IMG/VR virus record: IMGVR_UViG_3300029922_000006
Source of the DNA: a virus
Taxonomy: Duplodnaviria; Heunggongvirae; Uroviricota; Caudoviricetes
Length of the DNA: 64,000 nucleotides
Direction: 5' to 3' (one strand)
This document shows positions 1 through 9,666 of this stretch, in pieces. A model generated the notes under the pieces. The model saw only the letters and a list, made by a program, of their open reading frames with translations, did not search any database and had not been told where the DNA came from. Every line of letters begins with the position of its first letter. Position 1 is the first letter of the stretch. Position numbers and translations under genes: made by a program.

Positions 1-514
1 CCCACGCCTCAGCTTCACTGCTACACGATATGTCTTTCCTGAATTCTATTTCTATATAGCGCCCAATTTCTTTCATCTCTTCGTTGAAGGTAATATAGTA
101 AACCGTATCAAGTTTTTCATAGAAAAAAACGCTACAATACTTAAAGATTCGGAAATTCTCTACAAAATTCAGCCTCTTACAATACTCACTTACCAACTTA
201 TTAAGACTCTCCTGCGATGCATTAGGATCCAAGGGAATATCTATCTCGACCCGAGAATTGTTGTTTTTTTCATCTTTCTTAATTTTAATTGTAAGTTCAG
301 GTCTAACGCCTAATCGCAATCGCATAAACTCAAATGGTAAATTAATTTCTGAAGTTGCCGATTTATCTGCTGAAAAGTATACGTCCCAACTATGAACCTC
401 AACATATTTGTCAGGTTTCTCATTCCAAGAGAAAGTATTAAAAGTAGAGAGCTTGACATCCTTAGCGTCATATTTCAATTCAAGCTCGTTCACTGTTATA
501 TCAAACTTTTCCAT
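1..514 (-). CDS. hypothetical protein, 3' end beyond window start
   Basis: ATG at 514..512 (MEKFDITVNELE...) reads without stop to position 1; my own translation of the minus strand. It is not in the ORF track because no stop falls in the window. Confidence 0.4.
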   Translation of the reverse strand, partial: MEKFDITVNELELKYDAKDVKLSTFNTFSWNEKPDKYVEVHSWDVYFSADKSATSEINLPFEFMRLRLGVRPELTIKIKKDEKNNNSRVEIDIPLDPNASQESLNKLVSEYCKRLNFVENFRIFKYCSVFFYEKLDTVYYITFNEEMKEIGRYIEIEFRKDISCSSEAEAW

Positions 515-612
515 ATTTAATCAGCACTCCAATTGCTATAAGATACACGATCACTAAGATGATGTGCAATACCTTTTTCTTGGGTTTCTTCGGTTGTGGG
601 AATTTAAGCACG

Positions 613-1110
613 TTAGTCATTATAGATGAACGCCCTGGTCGTGGTGAAGAAAAGTTTTTTATGATCGCGACAGATTGTGAAATTTATAGTGGTAGGGCCT
701 GGACCAATCATATCATCGCCACCAATAAGTGGCACGCCCTCGATCTCAATGATTACATCTCCCCGAGTAATTCCTAGATCATTGGCTGGATAACCCGCAA
801 CAGATGAGTTAATAAGCAGTCCAACATATTGTTTTCCTTCACAAATAATAATTGTGTGATATGGGTCGACGTAAATGCCAACTCCATAATAGCCTTTTTT
901 CTCAAGAGGTTTGGTTGGTGCCAAAATGGGTATAGTAGTAATTGGAATGATCTTATGATTCTTTGGCAGTTCCGGGGCCAATTCGACTTCAGATTGTTGT
1001 TTTTCTTTCTTTGGTGTAGGGTCTTTACTCATATGGCACCGAAGAGCAATAAAGATGACAGCAGCATGCAGCAGCAACGAAATAGCGATAGTTTTTCTTA
1101 AACTTTTCAT
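613..1110 (-). CDS. secreted PDZ-domain-like protein
   Basis: N-terminal signal peptide (MKSLRKTIAISLLLHAAVIFIAL). C-terminal GDVIIEIEGVPL resembles a PDZ carboxylate-binding region. Its start overlaps the next minus gene by 4 nt. Confidence 0.5.
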   Translation of the reverse strand: MKSLRKTIAISLLLHAAVIFIALRCHMSKDPTPKKEKQQSEVELAPELPKNHKIIPITTIPILAPTKPLEKKGYYGVGIYVDPYHTIIICEGKQYVGLLINSSVAGYPANDLGITRGDVIIEIEGVPLIGGDDMIGPGPTTINFTICRDHKKLFFTTTRAFIYND

Positions 1111-1349
1111 TTCTTTCTTTTCTTCTTCACCGGAGGCCTGGAAGCATACGCAGCGATGTCCACGGCAAATTCCAACTCTATGACCGTATTCTCCAGGCGC
1201 TCAAGTTGTTTTGTAAGCATTTCATGTACTTCAGAGCCAGGTTTATTCCTCTGTTGCACTTTGCGAGTGTTGGCTACTAATTTTTTAGTAAAAATCAAAT
1301 CTTGCAGGAGCTTTTCCGATACCATTTCGCCACCCTTCATAATAATCAT
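1107..1349 (-). CDS. hypothetical coiled-coil protein
   Basis: 80-aa ORF translationally coupled to the downstream gene; charged, coiled-coil-like composition. Confidence 0.4.
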   Translation of the reverse strand: MIIMKGGEMVSEKLLQDLIFTKKLVANTRKVQQRNKPGSEVHEMLTKQLERLENTVIELEFAVDIAAYASRPPVKKKRKK

Positions 1350-1478
1350 TTAATCTTCGCACAGTAAATCGCCTTTGTCAACATCTTTTTATAGAGTGAA
1401 TTCAATAGGTTAAATCAGAATCGTAATAATATAGATTCGCACAAAGGGTGCGCGATCAAAGGTTAGGAAAGGATTAAA

Positions 1479-2090
1479 ATGGCTCAAGAAAGAACTTGGA
1501 ATGCCGTCACGGCATTATTTGCAGTTAATGGCACATCAACTGGTGTGATCACAGTCGCAGATGTTGCGGGCTTTTTCGTTGGTCAAGCCATCCAAATCAC
1601 TTCTAGTACCCAACCAACCCTACACTTAAAGGTTAGGCGAGTGAACGGCTCAACTGAGATTATCGTTGCCACATCAGTGGCTAACGGCTTAGCTGCAGAC
1701 GTTTCAGCATTTTTGATTGCCGATAATGCCGCAATTGCCGCTTTTGAGCAGCTCAAACCTAAAATATCTCCTCTTGACCAAGAACAATCTACTTTTGCTG
1801 CAGAACCAATTCTTGCGAGACGCGTCATTCCAGTTGATCAATACGGTCGCCCTATGGGAGGCGAAGACAATCCAATAGTGGCCGACGTTGACGTTACGGT
1901 AAATAGCGTAGGACTTTTTACACTACCATACGACAGCATAGCGGCAGCTTATCCCAGTTCAACAGTAGAAACATATCAATCATATCTAGGCGGCCTGTCA
2001 GGAACTCCAGTTCAGTTGATAACTGTCACTTATGTTGATGCAACCAAAAATGTTATGCAGAGTGTTGTCAGAACGCCTACGGGTCCATAA
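1479..2090 (+). CDS. hypothetical structural protein
   Basis: 203-aa ORF with AGGAAAGG RBS; Ala/Val/Thr-rich composition typical of virion proteins; first gene of the plus-strand structural block. Confidence 0.5.
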   Translation: MAQERTWNAVTALFAVNGTSTGVITVADVAGFFVGQAIQITSSTQPTLHLKVRRVNGSTEIIVATSVANGLAADVSAFLIADNAAIAAFEQLKPKISPLDQEQSTFAAEPILARRVIPVDQYGRPMGGEDNPIVADVDVTVNSVGLFTLPYDSIAAAYPSSTVETYQSYLGGLSGTPVQLITVTYVDATKNVMQSVVRTPTGP

Positions 2091-2219
2091 TGGCTTACCC
2101 AACATGGTTAATACCTCAAATTGATGCTGTGCCTAAAAGAGATACTTTATGGATTTGTGTTTGTAATATTTGCCACACAGAAACAGACAATTATCTCAGT
2201 AAGGCAATAGGGAAATCTC

Positions 2220-2540
2220 ATGCCATATAAGTTTAACCCATTTACTTCAAATTTAGATTATTACCAATCTGGTGGAAGCGGCAGCGGTGTTACGGGTATT
2301 TCTCCTACAACACCCAATGCTATAGCCACATGGGTAGATACAGGTGCAACTACGATTCAAAATACAAACACTTTTGTTCAGTCTGGTGGAGCGATTCAAT
2401 CACCGGGTTTTTTAACTGACAGAAGCATAACTACACTTATTTCTATTCCTTCTGAGTGCTCTATGATCTCACCGGAATTAGAGATAGAACTATCTGGAGC
2501 TATTGAGATAGAACCAGACGGCGAATTAATAATAATTTAA
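2220..2540 (+). CDS. hypothetical tail-fibre-associated protein
   Basis: 106 aa, Gly/Thr-rich. It lies in the same reading frame as the tail fibre gene, separated by a single TAA and an AAGGAG RBS. Confidence 0.45.
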   Translation: MPYKFNPFTSNLDYYQSGGSGSGVTGISPTTPNAIATWVDTGATTIQNTNTFVQSGGAIQSPGFLTDRSITTLISIPSECSMISPELEIELSGAIEIEPDGELIII

Positions 2541-2549
2541 GGAGATACG

Positions 2550-5500
2550 ATGTCATCACCAGGAACACTTAGATTTGGGCAAGTTGCGACAAAACCGTCT
2601 CCGCCACCGTCGGGTTATGATCTCATCTACGTTAAAACAGATGACGTTCTCTATATACAAGATTCTTCTGGAGTTGAGGTTGCCCTTGGCTCTGCTAGCG
2701 CTATCACCTCTTTAACTGGCGATGTAACAGGATCTGGTCCTGGCTCTGCTGCCACTACTGTTAACTTTGTGGGTGGAGCTAGTGCCGCTTCTATTGCAGC
2801 CGCTGCAACTGCAATTGGTACTGCAACGCCCCTTAATATTCCAAATACCGTAGTTGAGAGAGATAGCTCTGGTAACTTTGCAGCTGGAATCATTACTGCA
2901 TCCTTAAATGGAAATGCCAACACTGCTAGAACATCAATAAGCTTTACTGGTAGTTTGTTGGGCGATGTCACCGGAACACAAGGTGCAACTGTTGTTTCGT
3001 TTGTGGGTGGTTCTTCAGCTGCTAATGTGCACAGTGCAGAATTGGCAGCGAATGCAGCGACAGCTTTAAATACTGCGTCTACTATAGTAAAGCGTGATGC
3101 ATCTGGTAACTTTGCCGCTAACGTAATCACTGCGTCATTGACAGGCAATGTAACTGGTAATTTAGTAGGTAACGTAACTGGTAACGTAAGTGGATCTGCC
3201 GCGTCATTTACCGGCAATTTAGCTGGTGATGTTACCGGTACTCAAGGTGCCACTGTCGTTGGTGCTATACAAGGGACTGCAGTTAACCCTACTGCACCAA
3301 CTGATGCTCAATTCTTAGTTTATCAAACCGGCATAACTTCTTATAAAGCTGTAAGCATGTCTGGTGCCGCCACTATGTCTGATACTGGAGTAGTTACGCT
3401 CACTAACACTTCAGTAACCGGCCAACTATTGACAGGATATGCAACAGGCTCTAATACACCTATCACTGCAACAAATTCAATACTAACGGCTTTTGAGAAT
3501 TTACAGGCTCAGATAGTTGCTACCGTTGGTGCTGCTATTACTTCACTAATTGGCGATGTAACTGCAACTGGACCTGGAGCTGCGACTGCAACTGTTGTTG
3601 CCCTTCAAGGACATGCGGTCTCTGCGACTGCACCTACCGATGCCCAAATTTTGATCTGGAACTCTGGCACCAGCTCGTGGACTCCAGAGAGCATGTCTGG
3701 CGATGTTCACATTACAGATCTAGGTGTTACAAGTATAGTTGCCACAACAAACTCTACAATTACCACCCTGTCTGCATTGTCTTTACCTGGTTCTCAGGTT
3801 ACTGGAAATATTCCTGGAAATGCGGCAAACATTACGGCCACAACCAACTCTACATTGACGACTCTTACAGCATTGAGTTTGCCAACTACTCAACTCACTG
3901 GTACTCTTCAGGCAGCGCAATTCCCAGCGTTGACTGGCGACGTAACGACTACTGCTGGTTCTCTGGTTACCCATCTAGTTGCTACTACTAACTCTACGTT
4001 AACAACTCTTTCTGCATTGAGTTTACCAACTACTCAATTGACTGGTACTCTACAAGCCGCACAAGAACCTGCACATACCGGAGATGTAACGAATACCGCT
4101 GGTTCTCTAGTATTAAGTCTAGTTGCTACAACGAATTCGACATTGACGACTCTTACAGCGTTAGCTTTGCCAACTACTCAATTGACTGGTACTCTACAAG
4201 CCGCACAAGAACCTGCACATACCGGAGATGTAACGAATACCGCTGGTTCTCTGGTTACTCACCTAATTGCTACTACTAACTCTACGTTAACAACTCTTTC
4301 TGCATTGAGTTTACCTGGATCTCAGGTCACCGGTAACATCGCAGGTAACGCCGCTAATGTTACAGGTGTAGTGGCTATAGTTAACGGTGGCACCGGTCAA
4401 ACTACAGCAAACGCTGGATTTGATGCTCTGTCGCCAATGACTACTCTGGGTGACATCATCTATGAAAATGCAACACCAACTGCTGCTAGACTTCCTGGTA
4501 ACACTACGACAGCTCGCGAGTTTTTGACTTCTCAAGGTACAGGTACTCTAGCAAATGCGCCATCATGGAGTTCACTAGTTTCCGGTGATATTCCTAATAA
4601 TGCTGCAAATACTTCAGGTACTGCTGCTAACGTTACTGCAACAACTAATAGCACATTGACATCATTACCTAGTTTAACATCTGCCACATCCTTAGCCCTT
4701 TTAGGTTCTCAAATCGGCGGATTTACTCAAGGCAGTGTTATCTTCGCTAGCGCAACTGGAACTCTCACTCAAGATAATGCTAATTTCTACTGGAACGACA
4801 CTACATTGGCTTTGGGCATTGGTGTGCAGCCAGCTACAACAGCAGTTTTAGATATTGTTAACAACTCCGGCACTACTAAGGCCATTCAGGTTACTGGGTA
4901 TGGCTCTAACGTAGGATTTAGCGGAAGAGAAGCAGGTGGTACACTTGCAAGTCCTTCTGCTACAACGAGTGGAACAAACTTGACATTCTTCTCTGGTGGA
5001 GGTTATGGCGCTACGGCATTCGCTGTCGCTAGTACTGGCGTTGTGAACATCGTAGCAGGAGCTACCTTCACTGATACATCTATGCCTACGTACATCGGCT
5101 TTAGCGTAACGCCGGTTGGTTCAGTAACTTCCGCAGAAGCCATGAGGATCGCACCAACAGGACATCTTCTACTCGGAACAACTACGGATGGAAGTCAGCT
5201 ATTACAAGTTAATGGAAGTGCTCTCTTCGCTGGTATTGCAACTTTAAGCGTTGCTCCTATTACTTCTAGCTTGACTGGTTATCTATATGGTAATGGTGCT
5301 AGTCAGGTTACTGCTTCAACAACTATCCCAGGTACCGCTATCACAGGCAACATCTCTGGTAATGCTGCCAATGTGACAGGAATAGTTAACATTGCTAACG
5401 GCGGCACTGACCTTTCGACTGCGCCAACCAACGGTCAATTATTGGTAGGCAATGGTACTGGATATACTCTAGCTACATTGACCCAAGGTACTGGTATTTC

Positions 5501-5834
5501 CATTACCAATACTGCTGGTGCGATCACGATTGTAAACAATGGCATCACCCCTCTCGTGACCAAAACCGCAAACTACAATATTTTATCTACCGATGGAGCA
5601 ATTCTTTGTGATACTTCGGGAGGAGCGTTTACTCTCACTCTACCTTCTCCCACTGGTCTATCTGGTAAAACATTCAAAATCATTGATTCAACTGGATTCT
5701 TTCAGGCTAACAACTTAACTCTGGCTCCTAATGGTTCAGAGAAAATTGAGGGGTTGGCAGCAAGTAAAGTTCTTCAAACACCATGGGGTTGGTTCAATGT
5801 GGTAACTGATGGCGTTTCGTGGTTTGTAGGTTAA
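2550..5834 (+). CDS. tail fibre protein with internal tandem repeats
   Basis: 1094 aa, Thr/Ser/Gly/Ala-rich with no charged clusters. N-terminus is like phage tail fibres. About five copies of a ~57-aa repeat (ATTNSTLTTLSALSLPTTQLTGTLQAAQEPAHTGDVTNTAGSLV). Confidence 0.75.
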   Translation: MSSPGTLRFGQVATKPSPPPSGYDLIYVKTDDVLYIQDSSGVEVALGSASAITSLTGDVTGSGPGSAATTVNFVGGASAASIAAAATAIGTATPLNIPNTVVERDSSGNFAAGIITASLNGNANTARTSISFTGSLLGDVTGTQGATVVSFVGGSSAANVHSAELAANAATALNTASTIVKRDASGNFAANVITASLTGNVTGNLVGNVTGNVSGSAASFTGNLAGDVTGTQGATVVGAIQGTAVNPTAPTDAQFLVYQTGITSYKAVSMSGAATMSDTGVVTLTNTSVTGQLLTGYATGSNTPITATNSILTAFENLQAQIVATVGAAITSLIGDVTATGPGAATATVVALQGHAVSATAPTDAQILIWNSGTSSWTPESMSGDVHITDLGVTSIVATTNSTITTLSALSLPGSQVTGNIPGNAANITATTNSTLTTLTALSLPTTQLTGTLQAAQFPALTGDVTTTAGSLVTHLVATTNSTLTTLSALSLPTTQLTGTLQAAQEPAHTGDVTNTAGSLVLSLVATTNSTLTTLTALALPTTQLTGTLQAAQEPAHTGDVTNTAGSLVTHLIATTNSTLTTLSALSLPGSQVTGNIAGNAANVTGVVAIVNGGTGQTTANAGFDALSPMTTLGDIIYENATPTAARLPGNTTTAREFLTSQGTGTLANAPSWSSLVSGDIPNNAANTSGTAANVTATTNSTLTSLPSLTSATSLALLGSQIGGFTQGSVIFASATGTLTQDNANFYWNDTTLALGIGVQPATTAVLDIVNNSGTTKAIQVTGYGSNVGFSGREAGGTLASPSATTSGTNLTFFSGGGYGATAFAVASTGVVNIVAGATFTDTSMPTYIGFSVTPVGSVTSAEAMRIAPTGHLLLGTTTDGSQLLQVNGSALFAGIATLSVAPITSSLTGYLYGNGASQVTASTTIPGTAITGNISGNAANVTGIVNIANGGTDLSTAPTNGQLLVGNGTGYTLATLTQGTGISITNTAGAITIVNNGITPLVTKTANYNILSTDGAILCDTSGGAFTLTLPSPTGLSGKTFKIIDSTGFFQANNLTLAPNGSEKIEGLAASKVLQTPWGWFNVVTDGVSWFVG
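3724..4320 (+). repeat. tandem ~171-nt direct repeats inside the tail fibre gene
   Basis: Near-identical DNA blocks (gttgctac(a/t)ac(t/g)aa(c/t)tc(t/g)ac(g/a)ttgac(a/g)act ... ggttctct) recur at ~3730, 3840, 3970, 4120 and 4260. Confidence 0.7.
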
Positions 5835-5837
5835 TTT

Positions 5838-6701
5838 ATGTCTAAATATGTAAAACAATTATTCACTACATCTGGAACCTGGACTTGTCCTGCCGGTATT
5901 ACAAACATAGTAGTTTGGGGTCGCGGTGGAACTGGCGGAGGCGGTGGCGGAGGTGGCGGATCTGGCGGCTCCACAACTAGCGGTGGAACTGGCGGTGGAA
6001 GTGGTGGACCAGGTGGATCTCTAACTTCTCTATCTTTTCAACTAACAGTTGTTCCTGGAACCGCTTACACAATAACTATCGGACAAGGTGGAGCCGGTGG
6101 TGCCGGTGGTGCAGGTGGTGTAGCAGGCGGTGCTGGGGGCACTGGAAGTAATGGAATCGTAGGAACTCCATCATCTTTTGATGGTATTTTATCTTTTCAA
6201 CCTAGTGCTCCTGGTTTTGGTGGTACTGGAGGAGTAACAGGCGGTGCGAATGGAGTTGCAGGCACATATGGTCCTGGAGAATTTCAAGGAACTCCATCTT
6301 TGTCTTTTGCTAGTGGCAATGGTGGAGGCCGTGGTTCGGCGGGCTATGCTGGTTACGTACCAGTTGGAGCATGGAATCCATTTTTTACCTACGGCACTGC
6401 TGGCGCTGGCGGAAGTGCCACTTCGGGAATTGGGAGTGGAGGCGGTGGAGGCGGTGGTTCAGCACCAGTTGCAGGAGATGCGACTGGTCCAAACGGCTCT
6501 ACTGGAGGAAATGGTGGTGCCTCTGGTTCTAATGGCGGAAATGCTCCAACAGCTTCTTCAGCAATTGCTGGATCAGGTGGACCCGGTGGAGGTGGTGGTG
6601 GTGCAGGTGGATTAAAAGCAACTACTGGAACAACTGGCGGTAACGGCGCAACTGGAGCAACTGGAAGTAACGGTCAGATTATTGTTACGTGGGTGGAATA
6701 A
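5838..6701 (+). CDS. glycine-rich protein, paralog 1 of 3
   Basis: N-terminus MSKYVKQLFTTSGTWTCPAGITNIVVWGRGGTGGGGGG, Gly-rich core, C-terminus SNGQIIVTWVE. Stop overlaps next start (TAATG). Confidence 0.65.
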   Translation: MSKYVKQLFTTSGTWTCPAGITNIVVWGRGGTGGGGGGGGGSGGSTTSGGTGGGSGGPGGSLTSLSFQLTVVPGTAYTITIGQGGAGGAGGAGGVAGGAGGTGSNGIVGTPSSFDGILSFQPSAPGFGGTGGVTGGANGVAGTYGPGEFQGTPSLSFASGNGGGRGSAGYAGYVPVGAWNPFFTYGTAGAGGSATSGIGSGGGGGGGSAPVAGDATGPNGSTGGNGGASGSNGGNAPTASSAIAGSGGPGGGGGGAGGLKATTGTTGGNGATGATGSNGQIIVTWVE

Positions 6702-7573
6702 TGGCAAAAATGGTTAGAGAATTATTCACTACATCTGGAACCTGGACTTGTCCTGCTGGCATTACGAATATTATTGTCTGGGGGCGAGGTGGCTCTGGTG
6801 GCGGAGGCGGTGGCGGAGGAGGTGGCGGAGGATCTACTACTGCTGGAGCTGGCGGTGGATCTTCTGGTGGACCAGGCGGAAGTATGGTAACTCTTCCATT
6901 TGAACTTATCGTCGTTCCAGGGACCTCTTATACTATAACCATAGGTACTGGTGGTGCAGGTGGTGCAGGTGGTGCAGGTGGTGTAGCAACTGCTGGTGGA
7001 TCAATTGGAACTGCTGGTGGCGCAGGTTCATCTGGTACTGCAACTACCTTTGACGTCCTTTTATCCTTCCAACCAGGTCGCGGTGGAACTGGCGGTGGAG
7101 GCGGAGGAAGTGGTGGACTTAGTGCTACTGCTGGTGCTGGTGGTTTTGGAACTTATGGCATCTTACCGTTTCAACCGTATGGTGTTGGCGGTGGCGGTGG
7201 TGCAGGAACGGCGGGTAATGCTGGTCGCACTATATATGGTTCTCAATCTCCATTTTTTGTTAGTGGAGCTGGAGGAGCGGGCGGGGCTTCAGGTGGTGCA
7301 GGTGGAGGCGGTGGCGGTGGTGGAAGTTCAGCTGCTCCAGCAGGAGATGCGACTGGCCCAAGCAGCAGCGCTGCTGGAGGAAATGGTGGTGCCTCTGGTT
7401 CTAATGGAGGAAATGGTGGTGCAGCTTCATCTGCTATATCAGGCTCTGGTGGTGGAGGTGGCGGAGGTGGCGGAGGTGGTGGTACACTTGCAACGACTGG
7501 ATCCACTGGCGGCATCGGAGCAAATGGAGCAGCTGGAAGTAACGGTCAAATTATTGTTCAGTGGGTTGAATGA
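6701..7573 (+). CDS. glycine-rich protein, paralog 2 of 3
   Basis: MAKMVRELFTTSGTWTCPAGITNIIVWGRGG... ends ...SNGQIIVQWVE. Start set at the ATG at 6701 rather than the GTG at 6689 given in the ORF track. Confidence 0.65.
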   Translation: MAKMVRELFTTSGTWTCPAGITNIIVWGRGGSGGGGGGGGGGGGSTTAGAGGGSSGGPGGSMVTLPFELIVVPGTSYTITIGTGGAGGAGGAGGVATAGGSIGTAGGAGSSGTATTFDVLLSFQPGRGGTGGGGGGSGGLSATAGAGGFGTYGILPFQPYGVGGGGGAGTAGNAGRTIYGSQSPFFVSGAGGAGGASGGAGGGGGGGGSSAAPAGDATGPSSSAAGGNGGASGSNGGNGGAASSAISGSGGGGGGGGGGGGTLATTGSTGGIGANGAAGSNGQIIVQWVE

Positions 7574-7663
7574 AAAAATACAATTACTTTCAAGTTTTAC
7601 CTTTGACTGTAGGCCAGAATCTATCCATAATTCACACATTATATACATTAATGGCGGTTGTCA

Positions 7664-8554
7664 ATGTCTAAATATGTAAAACGAATTTTCACGTCTTCTG
7701 GAACCTGGACTTGCCCTGCTGGCATTACGAATATAACTGTTATCGGGAGAGGTGGCACTGCCGGAGGTAGTGGTGGAGGAGGAGGCGGTGGTGGTGGTGG
7801 AAGTTCTAATGGAGGTGGTGGTGGATCTGCTGGTTCTTCTGGACCCGCTAATATATCTTTACCGTATCCCGTCACTGTCGTTCCCGGAACTACTTATACG
7901 ATCACTATCGGGGCAGCAGGAACTGCAGGCAGCGGAGGCGCTGCTGGAACAATAACAGGTCAAGGTGGTACAGGAGGTCAAGGTGGACCAGGTGGCAGTA
8001 GTTCTTTTGGGTCTTTGGTTTCATTTTTAGGATCTGCATATGATGGTTCTACTGTAGGTGGAGGAGGAACTGCTGCTGGAGTGGGAGCTATTTATTATGA
8101 CAGCACCTCTCCAAAAGCATTTGGAACATTTCAATCATCTGGTCTATCTTTACTATATGCATGTGGAGAAGGTGGTACAGGAGGAGCAGCATCTACTGCA
8201 GGTGGCAATGCGACTGATACAACAACATTAGTAGGAGCACTTTCTCCTTTCTTCTTGGCTGGAAGTGGTGCGTTGGGAGGAACTGCCGGTGGTGTTAACG
8301 GAGGCGGAGGTGGTGGAGCTGGTGCGAGTGGCGGCGCTGGAGATGCACCATCCAATATTGGAGCAGCTGGTGGCAATGGTGGTACCTCTGGAGTTGCTGG
8401 TAGTGCGGGAGCAAATGCTTTACCTTCCACCGCTGGATCTGGTGGACTAGGTGGTGGAGGAGGAGGCGGTGGCGGATCAGGTGCCGCTGGAGGGAAGGGT
8501 GGCAATGGTAGTGCGGGAAGTTCTGGACAAATTGTCGTATTGTGGGTAGAGTAA
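7664..8554 (+). CDS. glycine-rich protein, paralog 3 of 3
   Basis: MSKYVKRIFTSSGTWTCPAGITNITVIGRGG... ends ...SSGQIVVLWVE. ATG at 7664 is preferred over the TTG at 7658. Confidence 0.65.
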   Translation: MSKYVKRIFTSSGTWTCPAGITNITVIGRGGTAGGSGGGGGGGGGGSSNGGGGGSAGSSGPANISLPYPVTVVPGTTYTITIGAAGTAGSGGAAGTITGQGGTGGQGGPGGSSSFGSLVSFLGSAYDGSTVGGGGTAAGVGAIYYDSTSPKAFGTFQSSGLSLLYACGEGGTGGAASTAGGNATDTTTLVGALSPFFLAGSGALGGTAGGVNGGGGGGAGASGGAGDAPSNIGAAGGNGGTSGVAGSAGANALPSTAGSGGLGGGGGGGGGSGAAGGKGGNGSAGSSGQIVVLWVE

Positions 8555-8605
8555 TATGGAGCACAATCCCCTATTGTGTGATGTAGTTTTACAGAGAGGT
8601 GGATC

Positions 8606-9142
8606 TTGATTTACGCGCAGATAAGAAATAATACAATTGTAAATACATTAGAACTTGAGGATTCAAGTCTTGTATCTTTATTCCAAAATGACTCCAATGG
8701 AGTTCCTTATGACTCGGTTCAACAGATAGACGCTTTGTCTCCTCAACCTGGGATTGGATGGATTTTTGATAATATTGGTTGGAATCCTCCCAACTCAACT
8801 ACTCCACCACAAAGTGCAGTTCAAATTTATACAACACTTGTTCAAAATGCTATTATTTTTGGACAAAATCTAACAATTCAATTTGCAACTCAAAATATTA
8901 TGTCAGGAATTACTCAATCGGGTAAAACACAAGCAGTATTAGATTACGCTTCAGACCTTTATACTTACCTTTCTACTGGATCACTCTATGTAGCCATCAC
9001 AGAAATTCAAACAATGATTGCCGATACAAGCGATGCAAAAACTGCTCTTGCCCCTTTTATCACAAATAGCATACTATATTCTTATATGAATCAGATTCAG
9101 GGATATCTCAACCTTCCCTTAACCATAAACCCAGGATCGTAA
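8606..9142 (+). CDS. hypothetical protein (TTG start)
   Basis: An in-frame TGA lies upstream, so the first possible start is TTG, preceded by GAGAGGTGG (Shine-Dalgarno-like). 178 aa. Confidence 0.45.
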   Translation: MIYAQIRNNTIVNTLELEDSSLVSLFQNDSNGVPYDSVQQIDALSPQPGIGWIFDNIGWNPPNSTTPPQSAVQIYTTLVQNAIIFGQNLTIQFATQNIMSGITQSGKTQAVLDYASDLYTYLSTGSLYVAITEIQTMIADTSDAKTALAPFITNSILYSYMNQIQGYLNLPLTINPGS

Positions 9143-9666
9143 TGAAACAAATTACTATAGGTTTTTCTCGGGCTTGTACAACTTTTCCTATTTTCAGTTG
9201 GCTGATCCAATTAGTTCAAAAGACTAACTATTCGCATGTCTATTTGAAATATCACGATGAATATTTAGGGCAAGATATGATTTTTCAAGCATCGCATAGT
9301 GTTGTAAATTCTATGAGTTTGCCAGTGTTTTTAGCACAAGAAACTGTGGTTAAAGAATTCACATTCAATGTTTCAGATGTCACTTTTCTAAAAACTATGC
9401 AGTTTGCGGCAAATCAGGCTGGAAAGCCGTATGGAGTGCTTGAGATATGTGGACTTGCACTAGTTGAACTATGTGCCCTGATCGGAATAAAGATCCAGAA
9501 TCCAGTGAAGGATTCTGGCCAGACCTACATCTGCGATCAATTAGTTGCGGCCATATTGAATGAATGTGAAAATGTTGTGTTGCCAACAAACATTAATAAT
9601 ATGATACCAAAGGATGTATTTGCTTTGGTATCAACTCTACCCGCTACATTATCAATCGACAAGTAA
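9142..9666 (+). CDS. hypothetical protein
   Basis: 174 aa; ATG overlaps the upstream stop (TAATG). Confidence 0.5.
   Translation: MKQITIGFSRACTTFPIFSWLIQLVQKTNYSHVYLKYHDEYLGQDMIFQASHSVVNSMSLPVFLAQETVVKEFTFNVSDVTFLKTMQFAANQAGKPYGVLEICGLALVELCALIGIKIQNPVKDSGQTYICDQLVAAILNECENVVLPTNINNMIPKDVFALVSTLPATLSIDK

Noticed and set aside
559-1101. Plus-strand ORFs 559..777 and 829..1101
   Set aside because: Overlap the signal-peptide/PDZ gene on the opposite strand and lack RBS support.
2651-3217. 188-aa minus-strand ORF inside the tail fibre gene
   Set aside because: Antisense to a long, repeat-containing structural gene; the composition mirrors the sense strand.
7243-8505. Pro-rich minus-strand ORFs (7243..7515, 7648..7875, 8131..8505) and Leu/Val/Glu-rich plus-strand ORFs (6244..6615, 6996..7679) inside the glycine-rich genes
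   Set aside because: They are frame or strand artefacts of GGN/GCN-repeat DNA (CCN on the opposite strand gives poly-Pro). They have no start context and lie fully inside better-supported genes.
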